Source: an uncultured delta proteobacterium
GTDB lineage: Bacteria; Myxococcota; Myxococcia; Myxococcales; Myxococcaceae
Direction of reading: 5' to 3'
NCBI GenBank assembly: GCA_963796055.1
Contig: CAWCKH010000004.1
Location: forward strand, 2,592,001 to 2,656,000
Length of the DNA stretch: 64,000 bases
Under the pieces are notes generated by a model, which saw nothing but the letters and a program-made list of their open reading frames with translations, had not been told where the DNA came from and did no database searches. The position numbers and the translations under genes are program-made. This document shows positions 18,251 to 28,941 of the stretch, one piece after another. The first letter of the stretch is position 1. The number at the start of each line of letters is the position of its first letter.

Positions 18251-19339
18251 CTAGTTGTACAGCTCCGCGCTCGCGAGCCCCCCCGGCTGCCCCCCGGCGA
18301 CGAGCACTTTCCCGCTGGGTAACAACGTTGCCGTGTGAAACGCCCGCGCCGTAGCGAGGCTGCCGGTGGCCGTGAACGTTCCTGTGGCGGGGTCGTACAG
18401 CTCCGCGCTGGCGAGGTAGCCCTGGTCCTTACCTCCAGCGATAAGTACCTTCCCGCTGGGCAGCAGCGCCGCCGTGTGACCGTACCGGGCCGTGGCCATG
18501 CTCCCGGTGGCCGTGAACGTCCCCGTCGCTGGGTCGTACAGCTCTGCGCTCGCAAAGTCCGAGCTCGGAAAGGAGTTCAAGTCAAATCCTCCTGCGATGA
18601 GCACCTTCCCGCTGGGCAGCAACGTCGCCGTGTGACTGGCGCGCGCCGTGGCCAGGCTCCCCGTTGGCGTGAACTTCCCTGTGGCCGGGTCGTACAGCTC
18701 GGCGCTGGTGTCGACTCCGCCTGCCACCAGCACCCTACCGTTGGGCAGCAACGTCGCCGTGTGACTGGCGCGCGCCATGGCCAGGGTCCCCGTGGGCGTG
18801 AACTTCCCTGTGGCCGGGTCGTACAGCTCGGCGCTGGTGTCGACTCCGCCTGCCACCAGCACCTTCCCGTTGGGCAGCAACGTCGCCGTGTGCTCGTACC
18901 GGGCCGTGGCCATGCTCCCGGTGGACGTGAACGCCCCCGTCGCTGGGTCGTACAGCTCTGCGCTCGCGAGCGGACTCCCCTGGTTCCCACCCGCGATGAG
19001 CACCTTGCCGTTTGTCAGCAACGTCGCCGTGGGATGTTCCCGCGCCGTGGCCAGGTTCCCCGTGAGCGTGAACGTCCCTGTGGCCGGGTCGTACAGCTCT
19101 GCGCTCGCGAGGTAGCCCTGGGGGCCGGAATAGCCTCCGGCGATGAGTACCTTCCCGCTGGGCAGCAACGTCGCCGTGGGGACAAAGCGCCCTGTGGCCA
19201 GGCTCCCCGTGGAGGCAAACGTCCCTGCGGCGGGAGGCGGAGGCGCTTCCGAGCTTGACGAGCCGCAATGCGTGGTCCCGAGCGCAAGACCAACCACCAC
19301 AGCAACGACGAACTGCCGATTCGCGCGATGACGGAGCAT
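18251..19339 (-). CDS. Kelch-repeat beta-propeller lipoprotein
   Basis: Lipobox-like LGTTHC; seven [16 protein letters not shown]...[10 protein letters not shown] units; near-identical 129-bp tandem unit at 18617/18746. Confidence 0.92.
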   Translation of the reverse strand: MLRHRANRQFVVAVVVGLALGTTHCGSSSSEAPPPPAAGTFASTGSLATGRFVPTATLLPSGKVLIAGGYSGPQGYLASAELYDPATGTFTLTGNLATAREHPTATLLTNGKVLIAGGNQGSPLASAELYDPATGAFTSTGSMATARYEHTATLLPNGKVLVAGGVDTSAELYDPATGKFTPTGTLAMARASHTATLLPNGRVLVAGGVDTSAELYDPATGKFTPTGSLATARASHTATLLPSGKVLIAGGFDLNSFPSSDFASAELYDPATGTFTATGSMATARYGHTAALLPSGKVLIAGGKDQGYLASAELYDPATGTFTATGSLATARAFHTATLLPSGKVLVAGGQPGGLASAELYN

Positions 19340-19589
19340 GGCAACCTCCCTCGTGTCGCACTAGAACCTGCATTTCTTGAGCCGATTACACGGCCTAGCT
19401 CGTCGTCACCCGTCCGATTTCATGCGCTCGTGCTGCGTTCGCTGATGCACGAAACGCAGTTCGTGCGTCCGCGCGGGGCGGAGCACCGTCAGAGCGCCGA
19501 GCATCAGCACCATCGCGGCGAGCCTCGTCGGACGACCTCCATCAGCGCGGGCGAGGGAGGGCGACAGTCTGCCAGCGCCTCCGCCGGTA

Positions 19590-19945
19590 AGGTCCAAGGA
19601 AGAACAAACGGGGCTTTCGTGGCGGAGGCCCGGGCAGGGGACCCGAGTCGCCGGGCCGGAGGGGGCAGGACGAGGCTGCCGGAAAGGGCTCGGCGGAGGT
19701 GGTGACCCGTCGGAGGGTAGAGCAGTCCCGGGGCGGTGGTCAGGCCGGGGCGAGTCTCGAACGTCGGACGGCACTCACCAGAGGCCGAGCTGGGGCGGGG
19801 AAGTGGCCGGGGCAAGGGGAAGCGGCCTGGAGGGGAGCCGCAAGTGCTTGAGGATGGTCTGGGCCGTCGAGGAACGGAGAACGACTGCCACGACGCGGCA
19901 GGTGCCCCCGCAGCGAGGGCAGGCGAGGACGTCGCGCCCTCGCTG
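19590..19945 (-). mobile_element. IS91/ISCR-like remnant B (transposase C-terminus + ori-like end; 237-bp repeat copy 2 at 19590-19826)
   Basis: DVLACPRCGGTCRVVAVV...ILKHLRLPSRPLPLAPATSPPQ is the typical IS91-like transposase C-terminus. Confidence 0.8.
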
Positions 19946-19977
19946 GATCGCCGTGGAATAGCTCGGTCCCTCAAGGT

Positions 19978-20677
19978 TCAGAGGAGCGGAGACAGAATCC
20001 CGCTGAAGACGTCGCTCCAGGCATGGGACAACATGCCCGGGCGGAGGCTGCGACGCCACCAGGCCAATAAACCGTAGAGCAGCCCCAGGGCCGTGATGGT
20101 CACCACCTGCCTCCCTCCCTGGTACCCGTGAGAGATGCCGAAGACGGCGGCCTGCGCCAGGGCGGCGACCAGGGCGCTCCGGCTGAAGGCATGGAACTGA
20201 CGCTGGAGATAGCCCCGAAAGACCAACTCCGAGTACCCAGAGCCCGATTTCAAGGGCTCCTTTCGGCAAGAGGACGGAGATGGACCTGGCGGTGTCGGGG
20301 CCAAGCAGGAGGTGCATGAGCCAGGCGGTCGCCTCGAAGACTCCCCAAAAGAGGACGGCGATGACGAGATCGCGCATCACGTCGCGAAGCCGGTTCCAGT
20401 GCCCGCTCACCAGGTCGCGCAAGCGAGTTCGTCGCCGTATTCCCAGCCAGACGTAGCCCACCAGCGCCCACTCGAAGACCAGGGTCGAGAGGTAGATGGC
20501 GATCAGCCCCTGGTGCTGCGCAATCACCCCCGGAGCCGAGGAAGACCGGCTCTGCAGGCGCGCGCCGCCGAGGGCGAGCAAGAGGAGGATGGCTACCAGC
20601 AGCACAGTGTGCCACAGGGGCGCGACCTGGCTGGGGGGCGGGGTCACGACACGAGGAACCGATGGAGCGGTCGTCAT
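19978..20677 (-). pseudogene. CPBP (CAAX/Abi) intramembrane protease, frameshifted by deletion
   Basis: TM N-half ending ALEIGLWV, then a different frame LVFRGYL...FGISHGYQG...SHAWSD; the EE of the EExxFR motif is lost at about 20230. Confidence 0.8.
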
Positions 20678-20767
20678 GGTCCCTCCTCATGTGCCTTGGC
20701 GCCGCGCGCATCGCGGGTGAGCGACTGCAGCGTCTCGTCTGATACAGGAGATGCTGCGTGCTGATCA

Positions 20768-20792
20768 GCGGGTTCGATTCCGGCCGCCTCCA
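20768..20792 (+). repeat. att core copy 3 (tmRNA 3'-end duplicate)
   Basis: GCGGGTTCGATTCCGGCCGCCTCCA versus tmRNA 5813-5837, 24/25 identical. Confidence 0.88.
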
Positions 20793-20824
20793 CAAGGTAT
20801 TGGCAGATCGGCCGGTCCTCTCGG

Positions 20825-21589
20825 CTACCAGAGCTGCGAGTCCACGCGCAACGTGACGGCCAACCCGAGGACGATGAGCACGCCGCCCACCGGCCTGGCC
20901 AGCGCTCTGCCCCAGGAAACGTTCTTCTCGACCGCCATGACTGCGCCGAGGAGCAGCATCCATCCGAGGTTCCCGGCGCCCAGCGGGAACATGAGCAGCA
21001 TCAACGACCAGCAGCAGCCCACGCAGAACAGGCCGTGGTCGACGCCGAGCCGGAGCGCCTGCCGCCGGTGGCGCTGCCCAGTCCAGTGCTCGGTGACGAA
21101 GCTGAACGGCGACCGACACTTGTCGAGACACCGGTACTTGAGCCGGGTGAACTGATAGCCGCCGGCCACGAGGAGAGTGGCCGCACCGAGGAGCCATGCG
21201 TTCTCCGACAGCCAGGGGGTGCGCGCGGTCGCCTCCCGGAACGAGACCGCGCCGGCGTAGGCGAGTGCGCCAAATGCCGCCCACGTCGCAAGGTAGCCGG
21301 CGACCACCAGCGCGACGAGCAACGTGCGGTCGCGCCGTTCTCGCGCCACGGTCGAGAACACGCCCAGCAGCGGAATGCTCGTGGGCAACATCATCGCCAC
21401 GGTCATCAGGGTCCACCCGGAAACGAAGATCATCGCGGCGACGAACCCGCTACCGCTCGGCGGCGCGTGCTGGTGGGCGTGGTGGACGTAGTGGAGGTAG
21501 GGCGAGTGCCCCCAGTGCCAGAGCACGAACCACGCGATTGCGCTGACTGCCACGAGCAGGGTGACGAGCAGTCGGTGGTCGCGGCCCAT
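20825..21589 (-). CDS. DUF2182 predicted metal-binding integral membrane protein
   Basis: WTLMTVAMMLP, YQFTRLKYRCLDKCRSP, GLFCVGCCWSLM. Confidence 0.9.
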   Translation of the reverse strand: MGRDHRLLVTLLVAVSAIAWFVLWHWGHSPYLHYVHHAHQHAPPSGSGFVAAMIFVSGWTLMTVAMMLPTSIPLLGVFSTVARERRDRTLLVALVVAGYLATWAAFGALAYAGAVSFREATARTPWLSENAWLLGAATLLVAGGYQFTRLKYRCLDKCRSPFSFVTEHWTGQRHRRQALRLGVDHGLFCVGCCWSLMLLMFPLGAGNLGWMLLLGAVMAVEKNVSWGRALARPVGGVLIVLGLAVTLRVDSQLW

Positions 21590-21591
21590 CT

Positions 21592-22197
21592 CTACCCGAG
21601 GAAGGTGAACTCACCCTGGATGGCGTTGTGGCCACGCAGGTCGATGTCGAAGTCGAGCCGCGGTTCCTTGGCGCGGTAGTACTCGGCCTTGCTCACGAAG
21701 GCGGGTGCACCGGGGATGGTGGAGAACGCGGTGTCGAGCAGCTTGGTGACCTTGCCGGTTGCACCGGTGAAGGGGGCCATCCTCGCCTCGATGCGCTTGC
21801 CGATCTGAAGGGTCCCCCGGCCCTCGACCATGTCGAAGCGAATCGGCGCCTTCTCCACTGCGAGGATCTCGCCGTAGAGCCCGACGAGGTCCTTCACCGG
21901 CCCGGCCGCCTTCCCGGTCCAGACCCGGACCACGGCCTCATGCTGGGGCGGGCTGGCGCGATCGTCGACGAAATAGATGACCTTCCAGTTGCCCTTGAGC
22001 ACGTTGCCGGGGATGCGGTTGACGCCGGCGATGGTCAGGTCGGCCACGTCGACGCCGTCGATGGTGCCCTTGTCGATGTGCCAGGAGTTGACCGACAGGC
22101 ACGTGCCGTCCCCGTCGGGATCCTCGCCCACCCAGCAGGGACAGAGGATCTTGCAGGTGCAGACTTCGAGGAGCTTTCCTTCCAGCTGGTAGGGCAT
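21592..22197 (-). CDS. DUF1326 family protein
   Basis: LLEVCTCKILCPC...GNWKV.YFVDDRA; usual partner of DUF2182. Confidence 0.9.
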   Translation of the reverse strand: MPYQLEGKLLEVCTCKILCPCWVGEDPDGDGTCLSVNSWHIDKGTIDGVDVADLTIAGVNRIPGNVLKGNWKVIYFVDDRASPPQHEAVVRVWTGKAAGPVKDLVGLYGEILAVEKAPIRFDMVEGRGTLQIGKRIEARMAPFTGATGKVTKLLDTAFSTIPGAPAFVSKAEYYRAKEPRLDFDIDLRGHNAIQGEFTFLG

Positions 22198-22424
22198 GTT
22201 CCCTCCTCGGGTGCGCCACGTACTTCACCCCTCGGGCACTTGGCCTGCAAGGCGCGTGTGCTTGCCGCAGCCCGACGCAGCGACGGTGCTTCCAGCACGC
22301 GTGGCTTCCGTCCCAGGCGTTACACGGTGCGTGCGACCTCGGCGCAATCGACCAGGTTCCGGGGGAGGGGACGAGGCGGTGGCTCGCCGAGGCGATTCTC
22401 GCGGGCGAACCGGCTGGGCCTGGT

Positions 22425-22907
22425 TCACTGATCGGCGACCAGCCCGAGCGCGCGCTCCACGGCCTCGGCCGGAGTGCTCGCCCGGACGATCTCCGTTGCC
22501 GGCACGCCTCGCCTCGCCAGCTCCCAGGTGTCGATGCCCACCACGGGTTTGCCGGTCTTCAGCGCGAGCGCTATCTCCGAGAGCGTCCCGAACTCGCCGC
22601 CGATGGCGATGAGCACGTCGGCGGTGCGGACCACGAGCGCGTTCCGTGCCTCGCCGAGCCCGGTGGGTATCGCGACGTCGACCCACGGATTCGCCGCGCG
22701 CCGGTCGAGCCCCGGGAGGATGCCGACCGTCCTGCCGCCGGCGGCCTTCGCCCCCCGGCAGGCCGCCTCCATCACCCCGCCCAGACCGCCGCAGACCACG
22801 AGCGCGCCTCGGGCGGCGACGAGACGTCCCACCTCCTCCGCGGCGAGGTCGAGCCGCCGCTCGCTGGCGCCGCTGCCCACCACCGCGACGTACAGGTCAG
22901 GTGTCAT
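22425..22907 (-). CDS. TIGR00725 / LOG-like Rossmann-fold protein
   Basis: CGGLGGVMEAACRGA, TGLGEARN, GTLSEIALAL. Confidence 0.92.
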   Translation of the reverse strand: MTPDLYVAVVGSGASERRLDLAAEEVGRLVAARGALVVCGGLGGVMEAACRGAKAAGGRTVGILPGLDRRAANPWVDVAIPTGLGEARNALVVRTADVLIAIGGEFGTLSEIALALKTGKPVVGIDTWELARRGVPATEIVRASTPAEAVERALGLVADQ

Positions 22908-22984
22908 GAGAGCCGTCCGGTGCCGCGGACTCTACCGCGCTGTCGTCCCCGTCCACGCTGCGGACCGATGCGCTCTGGACCGCT

Positions 22985-23181
22985 CACGGTTCAGTCCGGG
23001 AGCCGACGAGACCTGGCAGCTCGTGGAATGGCTCGATGATGGCGAGGCGGACCCCTTCCAGACCTACTGCGACTACCCGCTGGACTGCGTGCCACAGCCG
23101 GGACAGCCGTTCGGCGAGAAGACGTTCCGCTTCGCCGGAGCGGGACTGACGACCGTCACGGTCTCCCTGCATCCGCCCTGA
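22985..23181 (+). pseudogene. Orphan 3' gene remnant
   Basis: Coding-like WQLVEWLDDGEADPFQTYCDYPLDC...FRFAGAGLTTVTVSLHPP* with no plausible start. Confidence 0.4.
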
Positions 23182-23188
23182 GCACGCG

Positions 23189-24073
23189 CTACGCCGCGAT
23201 GCCCGGCGCGGCCTGCCGGTCGGTCGGTCGGTCCTGAATCCGGCGCCTGTACTCCTCGGCCGGCGCGACGAACTTCGGATCGCCGTGGTGCAACCTGGCC
23301 GCCTCCGCGGGCCCCCGGGGACGGACCACCGCCTTGGGCTGGAACTTCCGGAAGGCGAATGCCTGCTGTACGACGATGTTCTGCGGCCAGCTCACGTCCA
23401 GCCCGTAGCTCTCCGGCTTCCGGTCAGGCAGATAGGCGGTCCGGAGCAGCCAGTCCCAGAACGCGAACTTCGTGGCGAAGTTGACGTCATGAACCTCGCG
23501 GGCATGGTGCCAGCGGTGCATGTACGGCCCGTTGACCAGGTACTTCAGCTTCCCCATGTCCCAGTCGATGTTGGAGTGGATCCACATCCCCCAGCAGGCA
23601 TCGATGACCGACTTGATGGCCGCCACCTCGGGGGACATGAACAGCACGATGGGCGCCAGCTCTGCCGTCCCGGTGATCATGTTCTCGATCACGTGACCGC
23701 GCGAACCCCCCACCCAGTCGACGGCCGGTGTCGAGTGGTGGGCCTCGTGGATGCGCCACAGGTACTTGTTCACGTGCATCGCACGGTGAAAGAGGTAGAT
23801 GAACAGGTCGTGGGTGAAGAGGGAGACCACGATCTGTGACCAGAGAGGCCACTCGCGGATTCCCCGTGTCTGGCTCCAGCCGGTGAGATGGTCGATCCCG
23901 GGGATGACGAACCTGGCCGCCAGGAACCCCATGAGCACCGAGAAGACGGTGCTGAACCAGAGCAGGTCGGTCCAGAACTCGCGGCGCAGGAAGGGCTGCG
24001 GCTCGTACGGGAACCGCCGCTCGAGGGCGACCATCAGAAGCGCCCAGAGAACGATGAGGACCGTTGGGAGCAA
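23189..24073 (-). CDS. Fatty acid hydroxylase/sterol desaturase family protein
   Basis: His boxes FHRAMH, HEAHH, HRWHH; probable TTG start at 24073. Confidence 0.9.
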   Translation of the reverse strand: MLPTVLIVLWALLMVALERRFPYEPQPFLRREFWTDLLWFSTVFSVLMGFLAARFVIPGIDHLTGWSQTRGIREWPLWSQIVVSLFTHDLFIYLFHRAMHVNKYLWRIHEAHHSTPAVDWVGGSRGHVIENMITGTAELAPIVLFMSPEVAAIKSVIDACWGMWIHSNIDWDMGKLKYLVNGPYMHRWHHAREVHDVNFATKFAFWDWLLRTAYLPDRKPESYGLDVSWPQNIVVQQAFAFRKFQPKAVVRPRGPAEAARLHHGDPKFVAPAEEYRRRIQDRPTDRQAAPGIAA

Positions 24074-24196
24074 ACCGTCTGGAGTTATCAGCGGAAGAGG
24101 CGCTGCGCAGCTTTTTTCGCACCAACCGCCCGGCTCGCCTGGATGTCGACTTGACGTGGGGCTCGTTGCCGGTGAAAGGGGTGTCATCTCCATCCG

Positions 24197-25573
24197 ATGA
24201 CCGTCCCGTTCCTCCTAGTCGCAGCGCTCGCTGGAGTGGTGGCCGTGGCGGCCTGGGTCCGTACCCCGGAATACGACCGTCCGCGGATCTACCCGCGCGA
24301 CCCCGAGCGCTGGGCCGGCATCACCGGAAAGCCGGCGTCGCTCCGGCACGGGCTGCGGACGCTCCTGTTCTGGGCGATCGCGGCGTTCGGACTGGGCGTC
24401 GGTGGCGCAGTGGCATCGGCCTTCGCTCCGGGTGAAATCGGGCTCGCGCTCGCGGCCGGGGTCGCGCTCGGCGCGGTGCTGGCCACCTGGACGGCCGCGC
24501 GGATGTTGCAGGTCGGCCCTGGAGCGATGCGAATGATGCCCCGCCATCGCAAGACGCCCCTCGGGCGGGTGCCCCGCGTGCTCTTCATCGGGGGCTCGCC
24601 CAACCAGACCAGACAGATGCTGCAGATCGCCCGGGCGCTCCCGGAGGTGGAGGCCTGGTTCTCCCCGTACTACTCGGACTGGCCGCACCACGTGATGCTG
24701 CTCAAGCTTGGATCGCTCGAGCCGGCGATCAACGGCCACAAGCGCCGGGGCATCTGCGCCGACGAGCTGAACGGGCACGGGCTCCGGATCGACCTCGGCG
24801 CGGAGCGCAATGAATACGATCTCTGGGTCTGCCCCAACGACGCCGCGCTTCCGCGCGGGCTCGCCCGAACTCCGATGGTGCTGGTGCAGGAAGGCATCAT
24901 GGAGCAGCCCAACTGGCGCACCTGGGTCTGGCGGAACACGCGGCTGATGCCGAGGCCGCTCGCCACCACGGCCGTGTTCGGGCTCACCCAGCGGTACGAG
25001 AAGTTTTGCGTGGCCAGCGAGGGGTACCGGAAGCAGTTCGCGGCCGAGGGCATCCCGTCGGGGAAGCTGGTGGTCACCGGCATCCCCAACTTCGACGACT
25101 TCGCCCGCTTCCGGGACAACGACTTCCCTCACCACGGCCACGTGCTGGTCTGTACCAGCGATGGGCGGGAGACGATGATGGCGGTCGACCGTCCCGCGCT
25201 GCTCAGGCGATCCGTGCAGATCGCTGCGGGCCGGCAGTTGATCTTCAAGCTCCACCCCAACGAGAACGTGGAGCGGGCCACCCGGGAGATCCTGGCCATC
25301 GCCCCGAAGGCGCTGGTCTTTGCCGGCGGGAACGCCGAGGAGATGGTGGCCAACTGCGAGGTCTTGATCACCGAGCACAGCTCGCTCACCTTCTGCGGTC
25401 TGGCTCTGGGCAAGGAGGTCCACACCAACCTCCCCCTGGAACAGGTCGAGGCGCTGCTGCCGGTACAGAACCGGCGCGCTGCCGCCGAGATTGCCGACGT
25501 GATACGGGACGTCCTCCGCGCCCGGGGTCGGGCGCCGGAGGTCGGAACCGGCGCGCAGCGGATCGCGTCTTGA
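24197..25573 (+). CDS. Membrane-anchored GT-B-like (UDP-GlcNAc 2-epimerase/transferase-like) protein
   Basis: N-terminal TMs; LVVTGIPNFD, LIFKLHPNE and CEVLITEHSS are GT-B-like motifs. Confidence 0.6.
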   Translation: MTVPFLLVAALAGVVAVAAWVRTPEYDRPRIYPRDPERWAGITGKPASLRHGLRTLLFWAIAAFGLGVGGAVASAFAPGEIGLALAAGVALGAVLATWTAARMLQVGPGAMRMMPRHRKTPLGRVPRVLFIGGSPNQTRQMLQIARALPEVEAWFSPYYSDWPHHVMLLKLGSLEPAINGHKRRGICADELNGHGLRIDLGAERNEYDLWVCPNDAALPRGLARTPMVLVQEGIMEQPNWRTWVWRNTRLMPRPLATTAVFGLTQRYEKFCVASEGYRKQFAAEGIPSGKLVVTGIPNFDDFARFRDNDFPHHGHVLVCTSDGRETMMAVDRPALLRRSVQIAAGRQLIFKLHPNENVERATREILAIAPKALVFAGGNAEEMVANCEVLITEHSSLTFCGLALGKEVHTNLPLEQVEALLPVQNRRAAAEIADVIRDVLRARGRAPEVGTGAQRIAS

Positions 25574-25590
25574 CGGAGAAACGGAAAACG

Positions 25591-26922
<1,332 letters not shown>

Positions 26923-26930
26923 GACGCGGG

Positions 26931-27749
26931 TTACTTGGGGGGCGCCTTGCGCTCGTGCTCGGGAACCCGGGTGCGCGAGGCGTCCACCGTCTTCAGCTCG
27001 CCCAGGTGGTGCCGGTACCAGTTCACCCCGGCGAACTTCTGGTTGAGGGCGAAGACCTCGGGGTGGGCTTCCAGGTAGTCCAGGATGGCCTGCAGACCGA
27101 ACGGCGGCTTCCCCTCGGAATACAGCGCGTCGTACACGCGGCGGATGAGCTCGTAGTCCTCGGCGTAGTCGATGGTCAGCCGGTGCGTCATCTGGAGGTC
27201 ACGGTCCCAGACGACGTTCTTGAGCTTGAACCGCTCGGGGCGCTCCCAGATGAACGGAGTGGTGTGCTCGCGCTCCATCGGGAGCTTGGCCTCGCGCCAG
27301 GCGGTCTCCAGGGTGTCGCGCCGCATGACCTCCACGTCGTAGCCGTCCGGCCAGGTGGCGGGGTGGAGGTTGGACACGTAGTCGTATGACGGGTCCTCGA
27401 GGAATGCGCCGATGATCCGGTCGACCACCGCCGGATCGATGAGCGGGCAGTCGGAGGGGATCTTGGAGACGGCGTCGCAGTCGGTGGTACGCGCGGCGGC
27501 GATGTGCCGATCGAGCAGGTCGGTGGGGTGGCCGCGGACGCAGGCGACGCCGGCCTGCTTCGCCAGCTCGACCACCGGGTCGTCCGAGGCAGCGGTGGTG
27601 GTGGCGACGACGATCTGTGCAGGGGTCCGGGCCGCGTGGAGCCGCTCCAGCATCCGGACCAGCAGCGGCTTGCCGGCGAGCGGCATCAGCACCTTGCCGG
27701 GGAGCCGGGTCGAGCCGGTGCGCGCCTGGACGACGACCAGAACCTTCAC
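26931..27749 (-). CDS. SpsF-like cytidylyltransferase
   Basis: VQARTGSTRLPGKVL, SDCPLIDP, EREHTTPFI, RLTIDYAEDY. Confidence 0.9.
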   Translation of the reverse strand: MKVLVVVQARTGSTRLPGKVLMPLAGKPLLVRMLERLHAARTPAQIVVATTTAASDDPVVELAKQAGVACVRGHPTDLLDRHIAAARTTDCDAVSKIPSDCPLIDPAVVDRIIGAFLEDPSYDYVSNLHPATWPDGYDVEVMRRDTLETAWREAKLPMEREHTTPFIWERPERFKLKNVVWDRDLQMTHRLTIDYAEDYELIRRVYDALYSEGKPPFGLQAILDYLEAHPEVFALNQKFAGVNWYRHHLGELKTVDASRTRVPEHERKAPPK

Positions 27750-27949
27750 TTTGCAACCTCCGTGAACGGCAGGAGCCGGGTGTGTAGCGCAACGGACGAG
27801 ACCGCGCCGGCAAACTCGTCCGACCCCGGGACATGCCCGCTGTCTCGGAGCGGAAATCGGCCGCCGCCCGTGGTCTCAAATGGCCTCGCGCACAACGAGC
27901 GAGGTGGCGGCTGCGACCGGAACGCCACAGTTTCGTCCCGTCCCGTGGA

Positions 27950-28137
27950 GGGGTGTTGAGCGCGACACGAATGCATTGGAGGCTGGGGCGGACGGCTTCT
28001 CCTGGTGGGACGAGACCCAGCGGGGCAATTCGTCGGTGATGGGAGTGCCGGGCAATCCTGTGCTCCAGCAGCCGTTCCACGACGTGCTGAACGGGCCGCT
28101 CGCGCCCAATCTGGTGGACCGGCCGATCGTCCACTGA
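27950..28137 (+). CDS. Possible small hypothetical protein (start uncertain)
   Basis: Coding-like FSWWDETQRGNSSVMGVPGNPVLQQPFHDVLNGPLAPNLVDRPIVH*. Confidence 0.35.
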
Positions 28138-28162
28138 AGCCCGCGTCGGGACGGCTGACTGT

Positions 28163-28906
28163 CTAGAGCACGCCCCAGCCGCCGGGGTCCTCGTAGGTGA
28201 TGCGGATGTCCGACTCTGGCGGAGGGCGGGGGACCTCGCGGCGGACGTTGGGCACCTGGGTCTGTGCGACCGTCGGTGGACGCGGCGGACGGGGTTCGGG
28301 GTTGTTGGTCGCGGCGAATCCGCGGATCGCGGCGCGTGCCGGGCTCTCCTCCTCGGCGGGTTGAGAGACGCTCGTCCCGTTCCGTGGCGGTACCACCGGA
28401 ATCTCGCGGGGCCGCAGCGCGCGCGTTCGCACGGTCGGGAGGTCCGCGTCGTCGAAGCGCCGATCCGGGGCGGGCAGGGGGACCGACTCCACCATCGGCT
28501 TGGTCGTCACCCCCGCCGGTGCGCGGAACGACGGACCGAGCAGCGCGCGGTCGGACTTGCGGCGGTCTCCGCCGCCCGTTCGCCGCTCGAACGCGCGTTG
28601 CAGCGGATTCTCCGGCAGCGGCTCCACCATCCGCTTTGCGTGGCCCAGCACCTCGTCCACGTGCGCCATCAGCGGCTCGACCGCGGGCCCGTACAGCTTC
28701 CGGATCGCCTTCCCCATCGCCTCGAGCCGGCCGGCGTCCTCGCCGACCAACGGCGCGACCAGCGCCTGCGCCTTGCTGAACACCGCGCGGAAGCGCTCCA
28801 GCTCGTCGTAGAAGTCCTGAAGCCTGGCCCTGTCGAGGTCGTCCACTACCTGCTCCTCCCGTACATCGCCCACCAGCAGACTACCGGTCTGTAGCGACAC
28901 CCCCAA
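28163..28906 (-). CDS. Hypothetical protein (helical N-terminus, Pro-rich C-terminus)
   Basis: ORF with normal codon pattern; start uncertain. Confidence 0.6.
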   Translation of the reverse strand: MGVSLQTGSLLVGDVREEQVVDDLDRARLQDFYDELERFRAVFSKAQALVAPLVGEDAGRLEAMGKAIRKLYGPAVEPLMAHVDEVLGHAKRMVEPLPENPLQRAFERRTGGGDRRKSDRALLGPSFRAPAGVTTKPMVESVPLPAPDRRFDDADLPTVRTRALRPREIPVVPPRNGTSVSQPAEEESPARAAIRGFAATNNPEPRPPRPPTVAQTQVPNVRREVPRPPPESDIRITYEDPGGWGVL

Positions 28907-28941
28907 TTTTTCGGCTGCAGTTTTCAGGGGTTGGGAATGGA

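Noticed and set aside
18251..19220. CRISPR-like regular repeats
   Set aside because: They are in-frame Kelch coding repeats of about 130-150 bp; no cas genes or unique spacers were seen in the window.
19775..20677. 300-aa ORF as one membrane protein
   Set aside because: It is a chance chimera of a frameshifted CPBP gene and an IS91-like transposase tail.
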